DNA of 64,000 nt from an uncultured Acidobacteriota bacterium (GCA_963809485.1 CAWEJX010000009.1:32001-96000), one strand, 5' to 3'; shown: positions 1 through 10,439, numbered from the stretch's first letter. The notes: generated by a model not told the origin, from the letters alone. A program made the numbers and translations.

Positions 1-464
1 ATATAGAAATAGCAGGAATAGTTGACCTTTCTGACCTTGTCGCCCAGAAACATTTCAGCATCCGCATCGAATTCGAGAAAATTTTTGCCATCGCCCCCGA
101 TGAGGAATATCCACTGGTCATGAGTGTGTGAATGAGTATCGCCGCCCAATGTTTCAGGCCTTTCAATATAGGCAAACCCAATCGCCAGGCTGGATCCCGG
201 AACGTCTTTGGCACCCCACGCCGTAATCATGGGGGCCGTAATCGAGGCGTGCATTGATTTCCACGGCTTAAATTCAACGACGTTGGGTTCCCTCAGGACA
301 TTTGCAAGTTTGCTCATGTCAAAGGATTCGTAGGTTGGCTTCTGAGGACCCATCATTGCTGAGGCATTCAATGCGGATAAGACACTGGCAAAAGCCACTC
401 CGGCGGCTCCAGCCGATACATCCTGAAAGAAATTCCGTCGGTCCGTTCGCTTCTTATAGGTCAT
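1..464 (-). CDS. Tat-exported cupin-like protein, 3' end runs off the window; not in ORF track
   Basis: Manual translation from ATG at 464 (RBS GGGGAG): MTYKKRTDRRNFFQDVSAGAAGVAFASVLSA...THSHTHDQWIFLIGGDGKNFLEFDADAEMFLG; twin-Arg leader and HxH cupin motif; paralog of 6866-7378 and 53908-54624. Confidence 0.85.
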   Translation of the reverse strand, partial: MTYKKRTDRRNFFQDVSAGAAGVAFASVLSALNASAMMGPQKPTYESFDMSKLANVLREPNVVEFKPWKSMHASITAPMITAWGAKDVPGSSLAIGFAYIERPETLGGDTHSHTHDQWIFLIGGDGKNFLEFDADAEMFLGDKVRKVNYSCYFY

Positions 465-726
465 CTGTTTTCTCCCCTGAAGAATTGTTGCCCGATTCAT
501 GAAAGATGCTGCGCAGAATCATTGGGCCAGTTTCAGGCACCCATGCTCCTGAGATAACTTCTTTCAATGGTTTTGATTGCCTGGTCACAGAAGGCCTATT
601 ATAGGGGGTGGGTGCGGATGACGAAAGCTAAATAAGCAAAAAAATGGGGCCGTGTCTCCACGGTCCACGTCGGACGTCCCCAATGCGAAGTGCATGAGAA
701 CACCGATGATTCAGCGGCGGCTGCCT

Positions 727-1725
727 CTATTTTTCGCGAATATCGGGCTGCTGGGAAGCGCCGGATGCAGGTTTTGCCTCCGGTGCCGGATCCGCGCTTC
801 CCTCGGTCTCTTTCTCCAAGACCTCGGGCTTCGCGATCTTTTGCATGGTTTCCACACTAAACAGTTCGAACTCCGAATATAGATGCGTATTACGGAGAAC
901 TTTGCCTTCCCATTGGAGGGTAACAATCGCCTGCTTCGGCAACCAGAATTTTTGTGCCGACCGATTCAGCCGGACCTCGTCGAACTCTATCTCCGTCCTT
1001 TGTTTTTCCAGCCGGATGAGGGGGAGAGGCTCCAGAAGGTCTGAGACAATGCGCACAATTTGATTCGTCTCCGCGTCAATCCATGCCATCCCCTGTTTGA
1101 ATATCGTGCCTGTGTTTTGCCGGAGCCTATAGGTTCCAAAAAGCCGGGATTGCGCGGGAATTTGCGCATAACCTACTACAAGGGTATCGCGGCTTCCCAG
1201 TTTCTGACGCCCGAGCAGCCGGAAGGAACTTCCCTTTTGATGGGCCGGGTGGAATATCAATGGAGCCGAAATGAATCCTGAGGTCAGCATGTAGCCTTCC
1301 TTCGAGCCCGGCGGCGAAATCTCGCGTCCCTTGGCATCCGATCGATATTCGATGAAGGATGGCCCCCATTTTTCGGTCGTGGCTATGCCCAGATAGAGAC
1401 ACTTGAATCTCAGGCTCGAACGGACCTCCCCTTCATGATTTAACTTCTGCAGAAGAACATTCTCCACGACAGAAATATTAAGAAGGTCGGCGAAAAGCCT
1501 GGAGACATTCTTCCCTCCGGCAGTGAGGATTTGACTGAGCGGCGCCTGGTCGTCGGACGGTTCAAAGCCCGGCAGATTCTTCGGTGCCTGGTGAATGTAA
1601 TCGATGGATTGTTCGTCCTGGTCTTCAGCCCATGGATTTGTGTTGGCGACCTCAGGGATGACCGGAATCGCCGGAAGCAAGATAAATAACGCACAGCAGA
1701 GAATGAGTCCGTATCCATATCTCAT
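727..1725 (-). CDS. Secreted hypothetical protein, beta-rich, lipoprotein-sorting-like
   Basis: 332-aa ORF, hydrophobic N-terminal signal, AWIDAET..IVRI and FWLP motifs. Confidence 0.7.
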   Translation of the reverse strand: MRYGYGLILCCALFILLPAIPVIPEVANTNPWAEDQDEQSIDYIHQAPKNLPGFEPSDDQAPLSQILTAGGKNVSRLFADLLNISVVENVLLQKLNHEGEVRSSLRFKCLYLGIATTEKWGPSFIEYRSDAKGREISPPGSKEGYMLTSGFISAPLIFHPAHQKGSSFRLLGRQKLGSRDTLVVGYAQIPAQSRLFGTYRLRQNTGTIFKQGMAWIDAETNQIVRIVSDLLEPLPLIRLEKQRTEIEFDEVRLNRSAQKFWLPKQAIVTLQWEGKVLRNTHLYSEFELFSVETMQKIAKPEVLEKETEGSADPAPEAKPASGASQQPDIREK

Positions 1726-2063
1726 GATGGACGCCTTTTATCTCAAAAGTATCGAGAGGACAGGCCCCCGAAGCCCCGCTTCATCCGGTTATAACAACCT
1801 AACCTTTGAATGCTGCCGGAATACCTGGAAAAATCCTGGTTTAATACTGTGCAGCTTCAGCACCAGGGCGCACGCTTAACCTTATGTCGCCAAAAGCGAA
1901 GAGTTTTAAAGATCTCCAGGTCAGGTACAGATTCCGGATTTTCCTGGGAACGTGATTTGTATATCGGATCCAAAGTTTATTCCCAACCGGAGCCGCAATC
2001 AACATTGGCAATGTTTATGAGTAATTCAACCACCAGCTGCGAAGGCGGCAATCACCGATGTAT

Positions 2064-3020
2064 TTATTTGCGGAGCTGCTTGAGCACCTCTTTTGCGCGG
2101 GGGGTCATCGGGCTCTCCGGATTTTCTTTCAGGTAGGTTTCAAGTTCCAGAATGGCCTTGGAAACCTCTCCAGCATTGCTATAAAGATCGGCGAGCAGAA
2201 GGCGGACCTTGGGCGAGGCGTTTTTGCGCTCCAGGGCCAGCCTGCCCATGGCGATGCCTTTCTCCCATTGGCCCATCTTGCCGTAGCACATGCCCAGTTC
2301 GTAGGGCCACTGCCAGCTTTCCGGATCCTCCCGGAAGGGTTTGAGCAGCAGACGCTCGGCCTCTTCGTAATGCTGCCGGAAGATCAAAAGCTCAGAGAGC
2401 GGGTAATAGGGGTCAAAGAATCCTGGATTGATTTCGATGGCCTTGCGCAGTGAAGATTCCCCGTCCGAGGCATTGCCCGTTTTGAGATGGGCCATTCCGA
2501 GCATGTAATAGGCTTCGTAGTAGTTTGGAAAAGCATCGATGGCTTTCTGGAAATGGCGGAGGCTTCCCCTGGGATCATTCTTGCTTCCCATCAGATCCAG
2601 GCCGGTTTTGAACTCCCTGCGGGCCGCCTCCGGGATGGCCAATAAGCGTGCCGAAATCACTCCACCGGGCGGCTCATCTTTGGCCGGCATTCTCTTCATG
2701 CGCACCCAGATTGTCGGAGCTTCCATGGATAAGCGGCTGCGGTCGACCGATTCCTCGTACGGTTGATATCCATTCTTGGTTGCGCGCAACAGAAACAGGT
2801 TCTGTTCGACACGCCGGAACTCCACACTGCCGGTGTTGTTTGTAAAAGCCATTTGGGCGATCGTATCCGGGAAGATCACAATCTCAACCCGAGCTTGTTC
2901 CAGCTCCGATCCTGTGTCCTGGTCCGAAATGCGAACTATCAGGTCTTGGGCACACGCAATGCCGGAAAGGCCCAGCAATCCAAACCAGAAAATTGCGGCA
3001 CGCAGGATTTTTGTGGGCAT
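2064..3020 (-). CDS. Secreted protein with carboxypeptidase-regulatory-like domain and TPR repeats
   Basis: Signal peptide, beta-sandwich N-terminus (ATKNGYQPY), TPR repeats (EAYYMLGMAH, AIEINP); start uncertain (3020 or 3074). Confidence 0.8.
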   Translation of the reverse strand: MPTKILRAAIFWFGLLGLSGIACAQDLIVRISDQDTGSELEQARVEIVIFPDTIAQMAFTNNTGSVEFRRVEQNLFLLRATKNGYQPYEESVDRSRLSMEAPTIWVRMKRMPAKDEPPGGVISARLLAIPEAARREFKTGLDLMGSKNDPRGSLRHFQKAIDAFPNYYEAYYMLGMAHLKTGNASDGESSLRKAIEINPGFFDPYYPLSELLIFRQHYEEAERLLLKPFREDPESWQWPYELGMCYGKMGQWEKGIAMGRLALERKNASPKVRLLLADLYSNAGEVSKAILELETYLKENPESPMTPRAKEVLKQLRK

Positions 3021-3119
3021 CGGGCCGGTTCGCAATATGCGGCATCCATCAAAAACAGCTCCCATATGCTTCACCCGTCCACACAGTGGATTTGAACTAT
3101 ATTATTTGCCCTGATCCCG

Positions 3120-3250
3120 TTTTTCGTCAAGGCAGCCCGGAGAGCATCTGTAAAAGGGCCGGATCGCGACAGAAAAAAAGGTGGTTTCATGCGCGATAGG
3201 TGTCTTTAAAGCCTTTTGAACAGCAGAATGTCGAATGATGAAGATCCATA
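3120..3250 (+). repeat. Dispersed composite repeat copy 1 (degenerate)
   Basis: AAAGGGCCGGATCGCGAC..GTGGTTTC..TCTTTAAAGCCTTTTGAACAGCAGAATGTCGAATGATGAA, aligns by eye with 28029, 53583 and 62581. Confidence 0.6.
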
Positions 3251-3322
3251 CGGCAGTGCCTTTTTGCGGCGTTCCTCGGCGACTGTCCGCGCATGTCAGC
3301 GTAAATGGATCCATGAAGCCTG

Positions 3323-4726
3323 CTACGTCACGATTTCCAATTCCCTCCGTCTAGTCAACTCCCGTTCATTCTCCAGCACCTTCCGGCGATCCAGAGGATA
3401 AAGGAAAAGAGAAATTCCTTTGCCCACCGCAAGGAATGCCGGGATGACCGAGAACATCAGTAGTATTCCCCACAGAGATTTTTCCGGCTGCGGCTGATTG
3501 GCCACAAAGCCGAACCAACTCAGCAGCCGTCCGCCCAGGAGGCCGGCAATCATGGTTCCGGTTTTGAGGGCAAACAAGGAAGCGGAATGGATGAGTCCGG
3601 TGGATCGCCGCCCAAACAGGACCTGGCCGTAATCTGCCACATCCCCGTACATCGACCACACCAGCGCCGAGGTCGGGCCTATCATGAACGAGCCCACCGC
3701 ATTGATGGCCAGCATTAAGCCGTACATGTGGACGGGAATGAAGTAGAACGAAAACCAGCAGACGGCTGTTCCCATCGTCAGAAATACCGACAGGTGCTTC
3801 TTGTCGAGAAACCGTATCAGGAATCCGACACACAATACTCCGAGCATCATCATGAACCGGCCCAGACTCAGGAAAAGCGATGTACGGTCCATCCCCAGGA
3901 AAATCGCCTCGTTGCCTGCCCTGACCACGTACTTAAAAAAATGCAAGGTAACCGAATCGCGCATGGCGATGAACGTAGTGGAAAAAATCGAAGCAAAGAA
4001 CAGTATTATCCATGGACGATTTTGTATCAATTCCTTGAGTTCTTCTTTAATATTTTGCCGCTGCCCCGCCGGAGGCTGGACGCGCTCCTTTGTCGTAAGG
4101 AACGTAATCCAGAAGAGTATTACGGACGCCAGCGCAAACAAACCCATGGTGTACTGAAATCCCCGCAGCTCGTTCCCGGCGCCCAGCTTTTCCACCAGGG
4201 CGCGAACAAACATCGATATCAGCAGCCCTCCTCCGTAGGCGCCCACGAAGCGGAAATGCGAAGCGATGGTCCGGGCATAGGACGACGGACTCAAGACTCC
4301 CATCAGGGACGAATAGGGGACATTGATGGCGGTATACGCCATCATCATCATCGTGTAGGTGAAGTAGGCGTAAACGATCCTGGAGGTGCCCTCCAGGTCG
4401 GGATTGGCAAAAATCAGGTAGCCGAATACCCCATATGGGACTGCCATCCAGAGCAGGTACGGCCGGTATTTGCCCCACCTCGTTTTCGTCCGGTCGCAAA
4501 TGATGCCCATGATGGGATCATTGATCGCGTCCCAAAGGCGCGTAAGGAAGAACATTGTTCCTGCAACGGCTGCGTCGATTCCGAAAACGTCCGTGTAGTA
4601 GTAGAGCAGGAAGATATTGAAGGTTTGGAAAAAGAAGTTTGAGGCCGTGTCGCCGAGTCCGAATCCTACGTTTTCAAGGAACGACAGCCTCCGGTGCGGG
4701 CCGGATTTACCGGGATTTTCGGGCAT
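3323..4726 (-). CDS. MFS glycoside-pentoside-hexuronide (GPH):cation symporter
   Basis: GLGDTASN, WDAINDPIMG, RTKTRWGKYRPY motifs; about 12 TM segments. Confidence 0.92.
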   Translation of the reverse strand: MPENPGKSGPHRRLSFLENVGFGLGDTASNFFFQTFNIFLLYYYTDVFGIDAAVAGTMFFLTRLWDAINDPIMGIICDRTKTRWGKYRPYLLWMAVPYGVFGYLIFANPDLEGTSRIVYAYFTYTMMMMAYTAINVPYSSLMGVLSPSSYARTIASHFRFVGAYGGGLLISMFVRALVEKLGAGNELRGFQYTMGLFALASVILFWITFLTTKERVQPPAGQRQNIKEELKELIQNRPWIILFFASIFSTTFIAMRDSVTLHFFKYVVRAGNEAIFLGMDRTSLFLSLGRFMMMLGVLCVGFLIRFLDKKHLSVFLTMGTAVCWFSFYFIPVHMYGLMLAINAVGSFMIGPTSALVWSMYGDVADYGQVLFGRRSTGLIHSASLFALKTGTMIAGLLGGRLLSWFGFVANQPQPEKSLWGILLMFSVIPAFLAVGKGISLFLYPLDRRKVLENERELTRRRELEIVT

Positions 4727-4862
4727 GCAGGCACTCCGCCATTCAGGCTCGAGACAACAAGCGGATATTGAAAGAGCGCGATCCTACTATCGCATGAACA
4801 GAGCGTCAACGGATGCAAGGGTCCACCAGAGAACCCGGAGCTTTTTGTCAACCGGCAGCTGC

Positions 4863-6197
4863 CTACAATTGCTTTAGCAATTGCTGGGCCGCGATATGAA
4901 TGGGGTCCCACGCCGGGCTGAAAGGAGGCGCATAGGCAAAATCCAGATAGGCGATCTCATCAAGCCGCATACCGGTCCAGAGGGCGCAGGAAAGGGTATT
5001 GATCCTTTCTACGGCGCCTCTGGCGCCGACAGCCTGGGCCCCCAGGAGCATCCCTGTCGCCCGGTCGGCCACCATCTTGATGCCCAGCCTTTTTTCCCCG
5101 GGAAACGAACGGGCGATCGCGTCTCCCCAGATAATCGTGCTCACGGGGTGGTATCCGCATTCCTTCGCTTCGCGTTCATCGATGCCGACGGCAGCCACTC
5201 CGAGGTCGAATACCTTAAAGGACTGCGCACCCACGACTCCCGGGAATATCATGGATCCGCCCCCTACATTGATCCCTGCCACGCGTCCCTGCTTATTGGC
5301 GACATCTCCCAGGGGGATGTGCGTCCACTGCCTGCTCACGCGATGGTACACCTCGCAGCAGTCCCCCACCGCGTATATGTTTTCATCCGAAGTTTTCTGG
5401 GAAAAATTAACCAGGATTGCCCCTGATTTGCCCATCCGCAGGCCGGCGTCGACTGCCAGTTTGGTATTCGGTCTGATACCGATGGCGATGAGAACCAGAT
5501 CCGCCTCCATGAAACCGTTGTTTGTATTCAGGCGAAGACGGTAGTCCTTAGCTGCCTCAATCGAAGACATGCCCGTATTGGGAGAGAAGCCCACCTCGTG
5601 GCGGACCATCTCTTCATGAATTATTTTTGAAAACTCGGGGTCCCATCTCCTCGCGGGGCGCCCAGCAAGATCCATGACCTCCGTGGCGACATTCAGGCCT
5701 CTCAATGCCTCGCACATCTCGAGCCCGATGAAACCGGCCCCGACGATCAGCGCCTTCCTGCATTGCTTTTCCCTTAAATAGTTCTTGATAGCAATGGCAT
5801 CGGGAAGCGTTTTGAGCACAAAAACACCTTCCATTCCCACGCCGGGAACAATCGGGACAAATGCGGTCGTTCCCGTTCCCAGAACAAGGCTGTCGTAAGG
5901 TACCATGGCTCCATCGGACAGCCGCACGGCTTGTTTCTCCCTGTCGACCTCTTCGGCCCGGACGTCCAGCCGCACGTCCACCCCTGTTTCCCTGAATTTT
6001 TCAGGCGTCCTTGCGATAAGATTTTTGGAATCTTTTATTACATCACCGATGTAATAGGGCATGGGTCAAGCCGCGGTGGATACATTTTTCCCCTGCTCTA
6101 TCATTATTACCGAAAGGGCCGGGTTGCGCCGTTTCGCTTCAGCCGCAACCGAAGCCCCGCCGGCGCCGCCTCCGATGATGACAAGATTCCCGCTCAT
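4863..6197 (-). CDS. CoA-disulfide reductase/NADH oxidase family flavoprotein, probable selenoprotein (Sec44, TGA at 6066-6068)
   Basis: ORFs 6066..6260 and 4863..6062 share a frame and are separated only by TGA-CCC, giving STAA-U-PMPYYIG; GGGAGG FAD motif, GAGFIGLE, AVGDC, YAPPFSP; RBS AGGAGG before ATG 6197; 444 aa if read through. Confidence 0.9.
6036..6056 (-). promoter_or_regulatory. Bacterial SECIS-like hairpin
   Basis: TATTACATC-GGT-GATGTAATA, perfect 9-bp stem starting 9 nt after the UGA, loop begins with G. Confidence 0.75.
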
Positions 6198-6242
6198 GGC
6201 AGCCTCCTGGTTTCCGGATCCTCCAGCAATTCCATAATAACA

Positions 6243-6299
6243 GTCAAGCCCCTCCGGCAAAGCCGGAGGCTTGAAAGATTGGAACCGCTCAAAGCGGTT
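6243..6299 (-). mobile_element. IS200/IS605-like end remnant, no transposase
   Basis: Minus strand AACCGCTTTGAGCGGTT..AAGCCTCCGGCTTTGCCGGAGG..TTGAC, a double hairpin resembling IS200 right ends. Confidence 0.55.
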
Positions 6300-6337
6300 G
6301 GCGGAGTTACGCTGGTCTTGAACGCTGACTTACGCGG

Positions 6338-6516
6338 GCAAAAGCCGATGAGGCGCTTCCGATCCCCGCAGGGGCCAGCGCTCCGCGCTGGACAGTTTTC
6401 TGCGGCGGCACTGTGGCAAACGCCCGGTTTCTCGTAACCTCCATCTCCTTGCCGCACGGCGCTTGCCACAGTGCCGCCGCAGAAAACTCCATCGGAAGCG
6501 CCTCATCGGCTTTTGC
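6338..6516. repeat. Nested perfect inverted repeats (MITE/REP-like)
   Basis: 26-bp IR 6338-6363/6491-6516 and 26-bp IR 6394-6419/6463-6488. Confidence 0.85.
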
Positions 6517-6865
6517 TCGCCGACCCTCGCCGAACGAATCGGCGTTTGTCAGCCCTTTTGTCAGCGTATCTCAGCGTTTCAAAATACGGAGCTGTCAAAC
6601 TCAATAAGTCCCCCGGCAGAGCCGGGCGTTTACCAATAAAATCACCGACCCGGGCTGTTCTCGCATCCATTGGCCGGCGTTCACCCATTTTTTTATCAGC
6701 GCATTTCAACACTCTTTGAGCCGATGGTTCCATAGCACGACTATGACATGAACACGCCCTGCCGCGCAATGCAAGCAGACGTTTGTGTGAGACCTCCGGA
6801 TGCTTTATGATGAAGGCCAGTTATTTGCCGCAAACGCTCCAAATCATCCGGGGAGGTTAGTCGAA

Positions 6866-7378
6866 ATGGCCGAATCAAAATTTGAAAAATATGTAGTAAG
6901 GAAACCGGCGGTCGTCGTCCGCGTTGGGGACGACTATATCGATCAGATCCCGAAAACCGATGAAATCCCCGCACTCAACGCTGTGAATACCGGTCCGAGA
7001 GTAATTTTCTCCAACGACCTCATCGCCAACGCGAAAACAAAAGTCGAATACGGCTATATTACGGGAGACACATCCGTCGGAAACGGCGAAGATTTCGTGC
7101 CTCACAAACATGACTACGAAGAAATTTTTCTTTTCCTGGGCACCGATCCGAAAGACACGGGGAAGCTGGGAGCCGAAGTCGAGTTCTGGCTGGGGGAAGG
7201 CAAGGACCTTGAAAAGGTGGTTTTTACCACTTCATCCGCCGTATATGTGGCTCCCGGGGTGGCCCATTTCCCGCAAATATGGAAAAACGTGAAGCGCCCG
7301 GTGATGACGATGGTAATCATGCCGACGACGGGTGAGCGCCACCTGGAGCCGGTACCTATGAAAGATCGTAAAACATAA
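6866..7378 (+). CDS. Cupin-like protein, cytoplasmic paralog
   Basis: RBS GGAGG; PHKHDYEEIFLFLGTDP..LGAEVEFWLG..YVAPGVAHFP. Confidence 0.85.
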   Translation: MAESKFEKYVVRKPAVVVRVGDDYIDQIPKTDEIPALNAVNTGPRVIFSNDLIANAKTKVEYGYITGDTSVGNGEDFVPHKHDYEEIFLFLGTDPKDTGKLGAEVEFWLGEGKDLEKVVFTTSSAVYVAPGVAHFPQIWKNVKRPVMTMVIMPTTGERHLEPVPMKDRKT

Positions 7379-7406
7379 GCCGCATCCACCCATATCGAGG
7401 TGATCG

Positions 7407-8276
7407 ATGAGCCAGAACTGGCAGAGTCCCGTGGAAACCAGGATTGTCCCAAATGAAACCATTCCTGCGCAGCTGTTCGCGTGCTTCGCGGACGTCAGTC
7501 CGGAGGCCGGAGCAGCACTGAACCGTTTTTATGAAACCGGCGCAAATCTCCCTAAAGACATGTCGGACCTGCACCGGCAGCATTTGCTGCACAACCACAG
7601 CCTGGGTGAGAGCGGATCTATATGGGAAGGAGGACCTTCGGCGGGCTTTAATAGGGCCCTCTGGATCTATTCGACACCGGATCTGGAATCCGCAAAACAA
7701 CGGTTCCGCGACGATCCCTTTTACAGGGCAGGCATTCTCAAAAATGACTGGTGGATGGGATGGTCGGTCCACACCCCCTACTGGAAGACAAGCCAGGCAA
7801 TGCGGGATGGTATCGAGGGGCTCATGCGAGGCATCGGCGCGTTGCCGTCCTACCCGCCGGGCGTTAATCCGGCGGTTTCATTAATAACCGTCGAGGTCGT
7901 AACCCCGCCGAAGCTTTTCGTATCCCTTGCCAGGGCGGAGGCCACGCGCCTTAAGAAGATCGAGGACGACGACAAAGCCAGAAGGCCGATACCATCATTC
8001 CTGGTGCAGCACGCTTTCAACCGGCTTGGCCCGGGGGGCACTACGTCCATGGGGTATGACTGGGAAAGCGGGCCGTCCGCCGATTCGCTTTACGATCTGA
8101 CGATTTTTTCGGTCGGCTCAATCGAGATGGCCCGGCAGCTGCGGGAAAATGACCCCTTCACGCAGAACGGCCTGTTTTATGATCCGGACTATTTCGAGTG
8201 GTTCATTCACACGCCCTTGAGAAAGGCATCTCCGGGTCGGCGTGAACTGCTGCAGCGCCTGCTCCGGCAGTCTTGA
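7407..8276 (+). CDS. Tandem YciI-like domain protein
   Basis: Internal duplication: GPSA..FRDDPFYRAGI..W..HTP and GPSA..RENDPFTQNGL..W..HTP. Confidence 0.65.
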   Translation: MSQNWQSPVETRIVPNETIPAQLFACFADVSPEAGAALNRFYETGANLPKDMSDLHRQHLLHNHSLGESGSIWEGGPSAGFNRALWIYSTPDLESAKQRFRDDPFYRAGILKNDWWMGWSVHTPYWKTSQAMRDGIEGLMRGIGALPSYPPGVNPAVSLITVEVVTPPKLFVSLARAEATRLKKIEDDDKARRPIPSFLVQHAFNRLGPGGTTSMGYDWESGPSADSLYDLTIFSVGSIEMARQLRENDPFTQNGLFYDPDYFEWFIHTPLRKASPGRRELLQRLLRQS

Positions 8277-8378
8277 AGTGCTCGGGTCCCTGATTCCCAG
8301 CGGCACCGGTTAAAACCCTCGGGTAAAGCAGAGAAACTGCTGATTTGACCTCAAACCCTCGATGACTCCAGGGAGAGG

Positions 8379-10439
8379 CTAAATGGCTCTGGCGACGCGA
8401 TAGGCGTTTCCTATGGCGTTCATGATGTAGCCGGGCTCCTTGTCATCGATTCCGATGAGATAAGCTTCGGGGACTTTTCCCTTAATGGCGCTCAAAAGCT
8501 CCGTTTTGAGCCTCGGGTTTGTGGCCGCTATAATTGTATCGGCCTCAAGGAGACGCCGCTTCCCTTCTTTGGTGGTGACGGCCAGTCCCTGGTCGGTGAT
8601 TTCCGCATACCGGACTTCAGGCATCGTGATTACCTTTTGCATCAAGGGGAATCTCATCAGCGGATCACCACCCAATATTTTTCCCTCGTCCACCAATGTG
8701 ACTTCCCTGCAGCGCCCGGCCAGGAAGTCAGCCAGACCGCAGCCCTCTATGGTTCCGCCGATGATGACAACCCTCTTCCCGACGGAATCCCAATATTTGT
8801 TCATGCCTCTCATGATCCCGGGCTCGACCAGCTCAAGATCATCCTTCATTTTCAGGTAGAGCTCCTCGATGCCGACTACGTTGCTTCCGTTTATTCCAGG
8901 TATCTCCGGATGGACCGGTATTCTTCCCGTAGCCAGTATGACCGCGTCCGGATTTAATTCCCCGATGGCGGATTGATGGAACTCTTTTCCCAGGTTGATG
9001 CGGACTCCGAGTTTCGTAATCTGGTTTTTGAGATAATCAGCCAGTATCGTCACGTCGCAGTCGACGTCCAGCCCTCTCACCACGGCAACCCAGGGCAGGA
9101 GGCCTCCTAACCGGTTCTCTTTCTCATAGAGAATGACTTCGTGGCCACGGATCGCCGCCACTCGCGCCGCTTCCATTCCCGCGGGCCCGCCGCCCACCAC
9201 CACAATTTTCTTTTTCCTCGGCGCAGGCGGGATTGCATAAGTTTCATCGCTGCCCAAAGCAGCATTCACTCTGCACCGAATTGGCACAAACTCGCCCCGT
9301 AGGATATTGAGGAACAGGGCCCTGGAACAGTCACCGCAGTCGGGGCAATAGGCAACATCCTCAACCCTGCCTGCGGCCAGCTTGTGGGCGATTTCGGGGT
9401 CCGCCATGAGGCCTTTGCACATGCCGATAAAGTCCGCCTTGCCCTCCCGCAGAACCTGTTCCCCCACTACGGGGTCCAGTCCCCCTACAGTAATGACGGG
9501 TATAGAGACTACCTTTTTCACTGCGGCAGCCAGGGGCGCCATTGCTCCCTTTCCCCCATGGCTCCAGTCGAGCTCCTTCGGCAGCGGTTTGGTATTCTCG
9601 GAATGATAGATCCCTTTGGGAGAAGCGTCGATGCTGTCAAAACCATGATAGCCGAAGGCTCTCACATGGATGGCATCCACTCCGGCATTCTGCAGTATCG
9701 CGGCGAAGCCCTGGGCTTCGCCAATGGTTATGCCGTTTTCGATGTGGAGCTCCAGTCCGTTAATCAGCGTTGTGACCGGGTAGTCCGGTCCGAGACGTTT
9801 TTTGATTTCGCGTATGATTTCAACCAGAAACCTGGCCCGATTTTCAAGGTTTGGGCAACCGTATTTGTCCTGACGTTTGTTCCAGGCACGGGACAGGAAG
9901 CTGTTGATCAGGTGCATTCGGGCGGCATTAACCTCGACCCCGTCGAATCCGGCCTGCCGGGCCCGCACGGCCGCACCGGCGAACTTGTCCACGAGATCCT
10001 CAATCTCCGCAATTGTCAGCTCTCTGGGGATCATGGACGCCATTAATTCGGATCTTTCTTTTTCAGTAAGGCTGGAAGAGGAAATTGTCTGCAGGCCCTT
10101 TTCAAGCATCGCCTGAGGACCGGCATGGAACAGCTGCATAAATGCGGGGCAGTCATGCCGGTGAATTGCGTCGGCTATTTCTTTGAATGCCGGAATATTC
10201 GTGTCATCCACGAGGTGTCTGCGGGTGATGGGTATGGTAACGCCCCTGGGGTATTCAACCGCAACGTCCCCCCAGATAATCAGGCCTGCACCGCCGCGGG
10301 CAATGGACTCGAGAAAGGCCCTGTTTATGCTGCCGATATCTTCCGCTCCGCCGCAGGTTTTGACGATCCGGTTTTTGGTCCGCACTTTCCCTATCTGGCC
10401 TGGCTCCAGCATTTTTTCGAATTTGACTGTTCCGTTCAT
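8379..10439 (-). CDS. NADH:flavin oxidoreductase (OYE/2,4-dienoyl-CoA reductase/BaiCD-like)
   Basis: KNRIVK, QLFHAG, AGFDGVE, NKRQDKYG..ENRARF, CPDCGDC..C, GGGPAGMEAA. Confidence 0.92.
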   Translation of the reverse strand: MNGTVKFEKMLEPGQIGKVRTKNRIVKTCGGAEDIGSINRAFLESIARGGAGLIIWGDVAVEYPRGVTIPITRRHLVDDTNIPAFKEIADAIHRHDCPAFMQLFHAGPQAMLEKGLQTISSSSLTEKERSELMASMIPRELTIAEIEDLVDKFAGAAVRARQAGFDGVEVNAARMHLINSFLSRAWNKRQDKYGCPNLENRARFLVEIIREIKKRLGPDYPVTTLINGLELHIENGITIGEAQGFAAILQNAGVDAIHVRAFGYHGFDSIDASPKGIYHSENTKPLPKELDWSHGGKGAMAPLAAAVKKVVSIPVITVGGLDPVVGEQVLREGKADFIGMCKGLMADPEIAHKLAAGRVEDVAYCPDCGDCSRALFLNILRGEFVPIRCRVNAALGSDETYAIPPAPRKKKIVVVGGGPAGMEAARVAAIRGHEVILYEKENRLGGLLPWVAVVRGLDVDCDVTILADYLKNQITKLGVRINLGKEFHQSAIGELNPDAVILATGRIPVHPEIPGINGSNVVGIEELYLKMKDDLELVEPGIMRGMNKYWDSVGKRVVIIGGTIEGCGLADFLAGRCREVTLVDEGKILGGDPLMRFPLMQKVITMPEVRYAEITDQGLAVTTKEGKRRLLEADTIIAATNPRLKTELLSAIKGKVPEAYLIGIDDKEPGYIMNAIGNAYRVARAI

